Source: Callorhinchus milii (lineage: Eukaryota). From it: a DNA stretch of 42,258 bases. Both the position numbers and the translations under genes were made by a program. This document shows, piece after piece, positions 24,845 through 35,700 of this stretch (positions within the stretch are counted from its first letter, which is position 1; every line of letters starts with the position of its first letter). The notes below the pieces were generated by a model. The model saw only the letters and a list, made by a program, of their open reading frames with translations, ran no database searches and was not told the DNA's origin. The DNA is taken from the NCBI RefSeq assembly GCF_018977255.1, contig NW_024705466.1, positions 1-42,258 of the forward strand. The letters are read 5' to 3'.

Positions 24845-25770
24845 TAGTATTTAATTTATTATTTTATCTTCATACGTGACTTTACCGAAAGAACCAAAGA
24901 GTACTCTCATGACGTGTAATGCCTGCGAGCTCATAGACATTGTGACAGCAGCAGAAGGTCGCTGTTCCTCTCGTGTCCTTGGGCAGCGATGTTGCCAATG
25001 CCGGGATACGTTGGCTGGCGAGCGTCTATTGGCACACGGTGACACAGGCACCAGGTACCCAAAGCCAAGTGGACTTCTTCACATTTGAAGTCCCAAACAG
25101 CACGGAACACTCATTCATATAAGGCTGAGATGACCTTGAGAAGGAGCATGCCAGATACCAGAAGCCAAGAACGGAACCTGTTTTTTAAAAATCCTTTATA
25201 TTAAGTTCGCTTGCTTGCTTGCGTGCTTGCTTGCTTACGACCGTGCAAATCTTTCGGTCGTTTTTTAACCCACTTCCCGTGATCCAATCGAGCTGACATT
25301 TTCCACACAGACTCGTTGTGCGTGACAATTAATTTTCGTGAAAAAATTTTCCAAAATTTTACACTGTTTAGGGAAACTTTTTTAAATATTTAATTACCAA
25401 TTGCTTAATGGTGGCAGACAATCATCTGACCCATAGGTGGCAGCCATCTCAAGCCAGAGGACGAGAGGACTCTAGCCGCCACGCATATAAAGGATTTAAA
25501 GTGAAAAACTTTGTTTTCACGGGTTAATTTTTGCAAGGTTTGAATTACAATACTCTGTCCAACACACACTCGTACACCCTTACACTCGCTCACCCACATT
25601 AAGCATTACACATTTTCAAAAGAACCCCTGTGCGGCCTATGCTGACCGTGCTGACTGTTGGGCAATGCGATTTGCTGGTAGCCGTGAAGGCTGCAATGGT
25701 GGTGGTGGGGTCAGCACCACGCCTCTGTCTCCCCAACGCTGAAGCTGACGTCACACACCGGCTACTTACT

Positions 25771-26842
25771 CATCCTGGCACCAGACAAACTCCACTCTAC
25801 ATCCTGGCACCAGACAAACTCCACTCTACATCCTGGCACCAGACAAACTCCACTCTACATCCTGGCACCAGACAAACTCCACTCTACATCCTGGCACCAG
25901 ACAAACCCATTCAACATCCTGGCACCAGACAAACTCCACTCTACATCCTGGCACCAGACAAACTCCACTCTACATCCTGGCACCAGACAAACTCCACTCT
26001 ACATCCTGGCACCCAAACTCCACTCTACATCCTGGCACCAGACAAACTCCACTCTACATCCTGGCACCAGACAAACTCCACTCTACATCCTGGCACCCAA
26101 ACTCCACTCTACATCCTGGCACCAGACAAACTCCACTCTACATCCTGGCACCAAACTCCACTCTACATCCTGGCACCAGACAAACTCCACTCTACATCCT
26201 GGCACCAGACAAACTCCACTCTACATCCTGGCACCAGACAAACTCCACTCTACATCCTGGCACCAGACAAACTCCACTCAACATCCTGGCACCAGACAAA
26301 CTCCACTCTACATCCTGGCACCAGACAAACTCCACTCTACATCCTGGCACCAGACAAACTCCACTCTACATCCTGGCACAAACTCCACTCTACATCCTGG
26401 CACCAGACAAACTCCACTCTACATCCTGGCACCAGACAAACTCCACTCTACATCCTGGCACCAGACAAACTCCACTCTACATCCTGGCACCAGACAAACT
26501 CCACTCTACATCCTGGCACCAGACAAACTCCACTCTACATCCTGGCACCAGACAAACTCCACTCAACATCCTGGCACCAGACAAACTCCACTCTACATCC
26601 TGGCACCAGACAAACTCCACTCTACATCCTGGCACCAGACAAACTCCACTCTACATCCTGGCACCAGACAAACTCCACTCTACATCCTGGCACCAGACAA
26701 ACTCCACTCTACATCCTGGCACCAGACAAACTCCACTCAACATCCTGGCAGACAAACTCCACTCTACATCCTGGCACCAGACAAACTCCACTCTACATCC
26801 TGGCACCAGACAAACTCCACTCTACATCCTGGCACCAGACAA
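25771..26842. repeat. 29-bp minisatellite (CATCCTGGCACCAGACAAACTCCACTCTA)n, ~37 copies
   Basis: Direct inspection; occasional shortened variants. Confidence 0.95.
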
Positions 26843-27069
26843 AGCCAAGGGAATGCCCAGGAACGGTTCCTATATTTGCAACCGAGTTAGAAGTGGCTGC
26901 TGGACATTTTGTATTCAGATCACCACGTTTGTAGCGCATTTCACTAACCAGCACGCCACATTTCTGCCCGCCCCACATACACAGAGGCACACTATCAGTA
27001 TGCAACCGAGGAGGCAAAAGATGAGCCGGGCCAACTTGTATTGGCACACACCGGGGTTAATCGAAAGAG

Positions 27070-27350
27070 CATCATCATCACGGTGCCTAGGAGATGTTAA
27101 CTACCTCGCCTGGTACACAAGAGGTCGTGGGTTCGATCCCGACTAACGCCTGCTGCTGTATATTTGAAATCTGCGTGTCTCTCTCTCATCATCATCACGG
27201 TGGCTAGGAGATGTTGACTACCTCGCCTGGTATACAAGAGGTCGTGGGTTCGATCCCGATCCTGACGCCTGCTGCTGTATATTTGGAGTCTGCGTGTCTC
27301 TCTCCCCGTGGCACGTGGATTTCTCTCCGGGTTTTCCCTCCACATTTAGA
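27070..27350 (+). mobile_element. tRNA-derived SINE (V-SINE-like core), tandem partial copies; further copies at ~40660-40790 and ~41150-41375
   Basis: B-box GGTTCGATCCC followed by TTTGGAGTCTGCGTGTCTC..CCCCGTGGCACGTGGATTTCTCTCCGGG. Confidence 0.65.
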
Positions 27351-28214
27351 ATCACAAGGCCCTCAAGAGAATGTGCATGCTTTAATTTGACCGGTGGGGT
27401 AAAATGTGGGTGGTGGTGGTCAACATTTCCGACTGGATATCTGTGATGAAGAGCTTCACAGCTCATCGGATTCCTCCAAGATACATCATCACCGAGTCTG
27501 TGTAGTCCCACCTCTCCTAAAACAAAGTATTGGCCAGCGTGGAAGAGTAGGCCAAGTTACATCCCACGGAGGCTCTCTCTCCGGAGCTCCCTCGAGAAAA
27601 CCTTCCGTCACAGCGGTGACGCGAGCACTTGCAGGACTGCACCTTTACCCATCGGCATTAGCTGCTTGAAGTCTGCTCCTGTGATGGGGTTACACGTCAA
27701 CATCGCTACGAGTGTATTTGGGTGAAGTTATTTTTACAACGGCCGAACGTACACACACGCAATGCGCATGCATTGTGTGCATGCGTGATCAACATACGTT
27801 GTGTGTCGATATAACCCAGTCAATGACAGACACCCGCTGTCATTCACGACGACATTCACTCCCCACCCCCTTCTGGTCTGCACAACTGATTGCCGAGTTT
27901 GTGGTTCGCAATCGGAAGAGGCGTTTGGTTCGTTACTGGGAGAAATCTGCCGAGCCACGCGGCTTATTTGTGTTTATTTACACAGATTTCCGGCAAGTTG
28001 CAACAAAGAAAGTGACACAAACAACAGCTTCTGCTCTGTGTGTGTTGCACTTCTTTCGCACCGTACGTAGCCCAGCCGCGCTGATCCACTCGCTGTTCAC
28101 TACTCACGATGTTTGTCGTTTGCCTTTGCTGCCGTTTAATTATTTGAGCGGCGCCTCAACGCTGAAGGTCACAGGCAGTCTCAGTCCAGGGCCGTTCAAA
28201 TAAGTGACTTTCAT

Positions 28215-28429
28215 ATTCTTGGTTCTTTCGGTAAAGTCACGTAGAAGGTGTGAAATCCACAGCAATACATTTTTTTTTCTGTGGATTTCACACCTGATGA
28301 TGATTGCTTGTGTTGCAGTCGAAACGTGAGAAATGTTTTTTTATATTGTATTATTTCCCTTCTACGTGACTTTACCGAAAGAACCAGGAATATGAATCCC
28401 TGCAGTCACGAAAGCTTTAAATCGAAATT
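28215..28429 (+). mobile_element. Short Penelope-like insertion: inverted end, tail and 14-bp TSD; hammerhead with damaged cleavage site
   Basis: TSD TAAGTGACTTTCAT at 28201-28214 and 28430-28443; CTGATGA T GATTGC ttgtgtt GCAGTC GAAAC GTG at 28294-28328. Confidence 0.88.
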
Positions 28430-28871
28430 TAAGTGACTTTCATTTGACCGACATCGCACGTACAAACACACTGGGCTCGCAACGTGACGCCAACCATTGA
28501 CTCAGAAGGTCAAACAACCCAGAGGTCACCGCTCCGTCACCCGCCGTCGCTACGGCAGCTGAACCAATGGACACGTTTCTCAAAACGCACCCAGCCACCA
28601 CCCGGTCCAGTCGGTGGGGTAGAGTGTGGGCTACCCCCACTCTGGTGTGTTCTCCCACGGCGTCTGTAGACGTCAGCGTGGAAGAGTAGGCCAAGTAGCC
28701 CATCGAGGAGCTCTGTCCAGAGCTCCTCAGAGTGGGAAGGCCGTTCTGCCAACAAGAGCCTGAGTAGGGACATTGCAGGGACTGCGCCTTTATCTGCTTT
28801 TATCAGCGGATGCTTTGGAGTGAATTGTCAGCGGCCGATCTACAATTCTTCACTGGCTTTCGTGTGTGGCG

Positions 28872-28873
<2 letters not shown>

Positions 28874-28921
<48 letters not shown>

Positions 28922-29680
28922 TGTGTGGTGTGTGTATCTGTGGTGTGTGTGTGGTGTGTGTGTGGTGTGTATGTGTGTGGTGTGTATGTGTGTGGTGTAT
29001 GTGTTGTGTGTGTGTGTGTGGTGTGTGTGGTGTGTCTGTGTGTGTGTGTATTGTGGTGTGTGTTGTGTGGTGTGTGGTGTTGGTGTTGTGTGTGGTGTGT
29101 GTGTGGTGTGTGTGTGGTGTGTATATTGTGGTGTGTGTGTGTGGTGTGTGTGGTGTGTATCTGTGGTGTGTGGTGTGGTGTGTATGTGTGGTGTGTGGAG
29201 TGTGTGTGGTGTGTGTTTGTGTGTGTGGTGTATATGTGTGTGTGGTGTGTATCTGAGTGTGTGGTGTGTGTGTGGTGTGTGTGGTGTGGTGTGTATGTGG
29301 GTGTGTATCTGTGGTTGTGCGTTAAACGTAAACCCTGTGGTTCGTGAGCCAATCCTTAGCAAGTTTTCATCCACACACACACACAAGATAAACACACACA
29401 CACACAGATACACACACACACCACACACACACCACACACACAGATAAACACACACACACTGAGAAACACACACACATACACCACACACTGAGAAACACAC
29501 ACCACACACACACAGATAAACACACACCACACCACACACACCACACACATACACACACACCACCACGCACACCACCACATACATACACACACTACACACA
29601 CCACCACACACATACACACACCACACATACACAGATAAACACACACACCACACACACACACACACACATACACAGATAAA
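28874..29680. repeat. (GT)n-rich then (CA)n-rich microsatellites in opposite orientation
   Basis: Direct inspection. Confidence 0.9.
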
Positions 29681-29969
29681 CAGAAACAAACATGACTTTA
29701 ATAGGTGAGATACTGCATACAAGTGCAGTGCAGTGTGAAGTCGTGTGAAATCGTGGATTCAGTGTGAGCGGCTCGCAGGAAGGGTGGGACGGACGCCGCT
29801 GTGAATCCCAACAAGCGCCGAGTGAAAGTTTCCCAGATTTGGCAAACGCGGCGGCGTTAACGAGAACAACGGAATAAACGGAACAACGCCACTTGGTCGC
29901 TAAGCGCATTCAAGTGGCGACGTCACAAAACAACGGACGCTTTCGCATCGTGAAGATGAATCGCATGCA

Positions 29970-30560
29970 GAGTGTATAGTAGGGTAGTGCATAGTGTATG
30001 GTAGGGTAGTGTATAGTGTATAGTAGGGTAGTGCATAGTGTATAGTAGGGTAGTGCATAGTGCAGAGTGTATAGTAGGTAGTGTATAGTGTATAGTAGGT
30101 AGTGCATAGTGTATAGCAGGGTAGTGCATAGTGCATAGTAGCGTAGTGCATAGTGTATAGTAGGGTAGTGCATAGTGTATAGCAGGTAGTGCATAGTGTA
30201 TAGTAGGGTAGTGCATAGTGTATAGTAGGTAGTGCATAGTGTATAGTAGGGTAGTGCATAGTGTATAGTAGGGTAGTGCATAATGTATAGTAGGGTAGTG
30301 CATAGTGTATAGCAGGTAGTGCATAGTGTATAGTAGCGTAGTGCATAGTGTATAATAGGGTAGTGCATAGTGCATAGTGTATAGCAGGGTAGTGCATAGT
30401 GTATAGTAGGGTAGTGCATAGTGTATAGTAGGGTAGTGCATAGTGCATAGCAGGTAGTGCATAGTGTATAGTAGGGTAGTGCATAGTGCATAGTAGCGTA
30501 GTGCATAGTGTATAGTAGCGTAGTGCATAGTGTATAGTAGCGTAGTGCATAGTGCAGTGT
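29970..30560. repeat. TAGTG-derived compound minisatellite (TAGTGCATAGTGTATAGTAGGG)n
   Basis: Direct inspection. Confidence 0.9.
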
Positions 30561-30930
30561 ATCAGAGTGTGGCTGGTGGCGTGTCGCACGCGAGTGTAGT
30601 GTGTAAAGTAGAACGCAGCTCGTAGTGAGGGGTACACGCTGGATGTCGATGCCATAAACAACTTTGTGGGGTCGCGATCTCAGTCGAGGCCCCCCCTCCA
30701 CTGGGGCTGGAGGCTACTTGCAAGCGAATTGATCGACGGTCCACGGGCAAAGCTTGCACTTGACGTTCTCCTTGAGCTGCTCCTTGCACCCGCATTGCAT
30801 CTCCAGCGTGACTGGGGAGGGAACAGCAGAGGGGAGAGAGCTCACGAGATCGTCGCTATTGTGCGACCGCCGTTAACGTCGAGGTGAACAACATCTACGC
30901 GCACTTCTCCTCCCGACGTTGTCAAACGAC

Positions 30931-31337
30931 CAGAGTCGCAACCGGGTACCCGATACCCGTACCCTACCCGATACCCGTACCCTACCCGATACCCGTACCC
31001 TACCCGATACCCGTATACCCGATGTACCCTACCCGATACCCGTACCCTACCCGATACCCGTACCCTACCCGATACCCGTACCCTACCCGATACCCGGCTA
31101 CCCGTACCCTACCCGATACCCGTACCCTACCCGATACCCGTACCCTACCCGATACCCGTACCCTACCGATTACCCGGCTACTCGTACCCGGGCCGGGTAG
31201 CCGGGTAGCCGTTTGCGACCCTGGTGCGGCCGGGTACGGGTAGGCCATGAGTCACTGGTGAGTCACCGTTTGTCACTCATTTTGGGTAGGGTACGGGTAG
31301 GGTACGGGTAGGGAACGGGTACCCGTTTGCGACCCTG
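30931..31337. mobile_element. MITE-like element with CAG(G/A)GTCGCAA termini and internal 18-bp repeats (CCGATACCCGTACCCTAC)
   Basis: Left end CAGAGTCGCAACCGGGTACCCG; right ends CGGGTAGCCGTTTGCGACCCTG (~31222) and CGGGTACCCGTTTGCGACCCTG (~31337); no TSD seen. Confidence 0.6.
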
Positions 31338-31597
31338 GTGTGGCTGGGTCCGGGTACGAGGGGTAAGGAATCAAAACCCGTTAGCACCTCTGCGAATGGT
31401 CCCGACGATATCCCTTGAGCGAGCTCAGGCTCACGGAAAGCAGTTCCACAGAAACGCATTTTGGGATGTATTGCGTGGTGTCCGGTACTGTACAGTAGTG
31501 ACGACTAGTGTACAGTGGTAAAAGGACGGTGTGAATAGAGAGAGACGGTGATGCATGGCCAGGTGGTCATTACAGTCGTGTAGAGTCGTGCTGTAGA

Positions 31598-32297
31598 GTA
31601 GTGTATAGTGTAGGTGTATAGTGTAGTGTGTAGTGTATAGTGTAGTGTAGTGTATAGTGTAGTGTGCAGTGTATAGTGTAGTGTGTAGTGTAGTGTGTGT
31701 AGTGTAGAGGATGTGATGTATAGTGTAGTGTGTAGTGTAGTGTGTAGTGTAGTGTGTAGTGTAGTGTGTAGTGTACAGTGTAGTGTTTATAGTACAGTGT
31801 ACAGTGTAGTGTAGTGTGTAGTGTAGTGTGTAGTGTTTATAGTACAGTGTAGTGTGTAGTGTAGTGTGTAGTGTAGTGTACAGTACAGTGTAGTGTGTAG
31901 TGTAGTGTGTAGTGTATAGGATGTGATGTATAGTGTAGTGTGTAGTGTAGTGTGTAGTGTATAGTGTAGTGTGTAGTATGTAGTGTAGTGTATAGGATGT
32001 GATGTATAGTGTAGTGTGTAGTGTAGTGTGGTGTGTAGTGTAGTGTGTAGTGTAGTGTGTAGGATGTGATGTATAGTGTAGTGTATAGTGTAGTGTGTAG
32101 TGTAGTGTGTAGTGTATAGTGTAGTGTGTAGTGTAGTGTATAGTGTAGTGTGTAGTGTAGTGTGTAGTGTAGTGTAAGTGTAGTGTATAGTGTAGTGTAT
32201 AGTGTAGTGTATAGTGTAGTGTGTAGTGTAGTGTGTAGTGTAGTGTATAGGATGTGATGTATAGTGTAGTGTAGTGTGTAGTGTAGTGTGTAGTGTA
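31598..32297. repeat. (TAGTG)n microsatellite
   Basis: Direct inspection. Confidence 0.95.
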
Positions 32298-32780
32298 GAG
32301 TTTGTACGTTGAACTTCTTGACACTGTACACAGCCAGCCATGCGCTCAGGAGGTGCAGGGGAAGGTGTCAGTTTTTGCAGCAGTTGAAAGGGTAAAAACC
32401 CATCACTATATTTTGCCACTGCTAAAGGAGATGTCTCATAGTGAATAGTTTTAGTCTATTTTCGGAGGGGGGGGCCCACCTTGTGAGATGTCGTATCCTC
32501 TGTCACAGCACGTGACGGTGCACCCCTCGGGTAGCTCGGTGTCGTTGCAGCGCTGCCCCGCACCCCCCGCGCGCTGGTGCTGCCACGGACGCAGTACTCC
32601 GGGCTGGCGTTCACGTGGACCAAGTCGATCTCCGAGGGCGCCGTCAACCACTCGTTCACCGGCTCCAGGCGCCAGCGGGCGGCGCCGCTGCCGCTGCCGC
32701 GCTCCTGCTGTTCCTCACCAGCCGCATGGCGGAACTTCTCTCGTACTTTTCCTGCAGCCGCCATTGACATTGTCATCATC

Positions 32781-35700
32781 ATAATTGGTTCTTTACCCTT
32801 CTATCTGGCAACAAAACTGACACCTTTTTGCAAGGAGTCATGTTTGCATAGACCGCAATACCTGCAGTCATAATACAAACAAAAGACATAACTCTGATAA
32901 TGTGCACTGTCCTTGAAGTTGATTGGTCCACACCCGAGACAGCTTTCCTTCGAGCCTAGTCTCATATGGGTTGGACCAGATGACGCCAAAAGGCGCACAA
33001 CTCAAGGACAATGCACCATCAGAGTATGAGAGCTCGGGGCAAGCATCTACACTATGGGGACCTCATTTGCCAGTAAAAATATGATAATTGGTTCTTTACC
33101 CTTCTATCTGGCAACAAAACTGACACCTTTTTGCAAGGAGTCATGTTTGCATAGACCGCAATACCTGCAGTCATAATACAAACAAAAGAACATAACTCTG
33201 ATAATGTGCACTGTCCTTGAAGTTGATTGGTCCACACCCGAGACAGCTTTCCTTCGAGCCTAGTCTCATATGGGTTGGACCAGATGACGCCAAAAGGCGC
33301 ACAACTCAAGGACAATGCACCATCAGAGTATGAGAGCTCGGGGCAAGCATCTACACTATGGGGACCTCATTTGCCAGTAAAAATATGATAATTGGTTCTT
33401 TACCCTTCTATCTGGCAACAAAACTGACACCTTTTTGCAAGGAGTCATGTTTGCATAGACCGCAATACCTGCAGTCATAATACAAACAAAAGACATAACT
33501 CTGATAATGTGCACTGTCCTTGAAGTTGATTGGTCCACACCCGAGACAGCTTTCCTTCGAGCCTAGTCTCATATGGGTTGGACCAGATGACGCCAAAAGG
33601 CGCACAACTCAAGGACAATGCACCATCAGAGTATGAGAGCTCGGGGCAAGCATCTACACTATGGGGACCTCATTTGCCAGTAAAAATATGATAATTGGTT
33701 CTTTACCCTTCTATCTGGCAACAAAACTGACACCTTTTTGCAAGGAGTCATGTTTGCATAGACCGCAATACCTGCAGTCATAATACAAACAAAAGAACAT
33801 AACTCTGATAATGTGCACTGTCCTTGAAGTTGATTGGTCCACACCCGAGACAGCTTTCCTTCGAGCCTAGTCTCATATGGGTTGGACCAGATGACGCCAA
33901 AAGGCGCACAACTCAAGGACAATGCACCATCAGAGTATGAGAGCTCGGGGCAAGCATCTACACTATGGGGACCTCATTTGCCAGTAAAAATATGATAATT
34001 GGTTCTTTACCCTTCTATCTGGCAACAAAACTGACACCTTTTTGCAAGGAGTCATGTTTGCATAGACCGCAATACCTGCAGTCATAATACAAACAAAAGA
34101 ACATAACTCTGATAATGTGCACTGTCCTTGAAGTTGATTGGTCCACACCCGAGACAGCTTTCCTTCGAGCCTAGTCTCATATGGGTTGGACCAGATGACG
34201 CCAAAAGGCGCACAACTCAAGGACAATGCACCATCAGAGTATGAGAGCTCGGGGCAAGCATCTACACTATGGGGACCTCATTTGCCAGTAAAAATATGAT
34301 AATTGGTTCTTTACCCTTCTATCTGGCAACAAAACTGACACCTTTTTGCAAGGAGTCATGTTTGCATAGACCGCAATACCTGCAGTCATAATACAAACAA
34401 AAGACATAACTCTGATAATGTGCACTGTCCTTGAAGTTGATTGGTCCACACCCGAGACAGCTTTCCTTCGAGCCTAGTCTCATATGGGTTGGACCAGATG
34501 ACGCCAAAAGGCGCACAACTCAAGGACAATGCACCATCAGAGTATGAGAGCTCGGGGCAAGCATCTACACTATGGGGACCTCATTTGCCAGTAAAAATAT
34601 GATAATTGGTTCTTTACCCTTCTATCTGGCAACAAAACTGACACCTTTTTGCAAGGAGTCATGTTTGCATAGACCGCAATACCTGCAGTCATAATACAAA
34701 CAAAAGAACATAACTCTGATAATGTGCACTGTCCTTGAAGTTGATTGGTCCACACCCGAGACAGCTTTCCTTCGAGCCTAGTCTCATATGGGTTGGACCA
34801 GATGACGCCAAAAGGCGCACAACTCAAGGACAATGCACCATCAGAGTATGAGAGCTCGGGGCAAGCATCTACACTATGGGGACCTCATTTGCCAGTAAAA
34901 ATATGATAATTGGTTCTTTACCCTTCTATCTGGCAACAAAACTGACACCTTTTTGCAAGGAGTCATGTTTGCATAGACCGCAATACCTGCAGTCATAATA
35001 CAAACAAAAGACATAACTCTGATAATGTGCACTGTCCTTGAAGTTGATTGGTCCACACCCGAGACAGCTTTCCTTCGAGCCTAGTCTCATATGGGTTGGA
35101 CCAGATGACGCCAAAAGGCGCACAACTCAAGGACAATGCACCATCAGAGTATGAGAGCTCGGGGCAAGCATCTACACTATGGGGACCTCATTTGCCAGTA
35201 AAAATATGATAATTGGTTCTTTACCCTTCTATCTGGCAACAAAACTGACACCTTTTTGCAAGGAGTCATGTTTGCATAGACCGCAATACCTGCAGTCATA
35301 ATACAAACAAAAGAACATAACTCTGATAATGTGCACTGTCCTTGAAGTTGATTGGTCCACACCCGAGACAGCTTTCCTTCGAGCCTAGTCTCATATGGGT
35401 TGGACCAGATGACGCCAAAAGGCGCACAACTCAAGGACAATGCACCATCAGAGTATGAGAGCTCGGGGCAAGCATCTACACTATGGGGACCTCATTTGCC
35501 AGTAAAAATATGATAATTGGTTCTTTACCCTTCTATCTGGCAACAAAACTGACACCTTTTTGCAAGGAGTCATGTTTGCATAGACCGCAATACCTGCAGT
35601 CATAATACAAACAAAAGAACATAACTCTGATAATGTGCACTGTCCTTGAAGTTGATTGGTCCACACCCGAGACAGCTTTCCTTCGAGCCTAGTCTCATAT

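Larger units (their letters stand above)
24378..24905. mobile_element. Penelope-like inverted pLTR pair (~235-bp arms) with two hammerheads
   Basis: 24411-~24645 is the near-perfect reverse complement of ~24668-24902; unpaired family tail on the left. Confidence 0.88.

Noticed and set aside
25771..26842. CRISPR-like 29-bp repeats and 434-aa ORF
   Set aside because: No spacers; a plain tandem minisatellite in eukaryotic DNA.
32975..33003. Hammerhead-like CAGATGA-CGCCAAAAGGCG-CACAAC junction in the array unit
   Set aside because: The core deviates (CAGA rather than CUGA, no GAAA) and it lies on the inferred antisense strand; not called a hammerhead.
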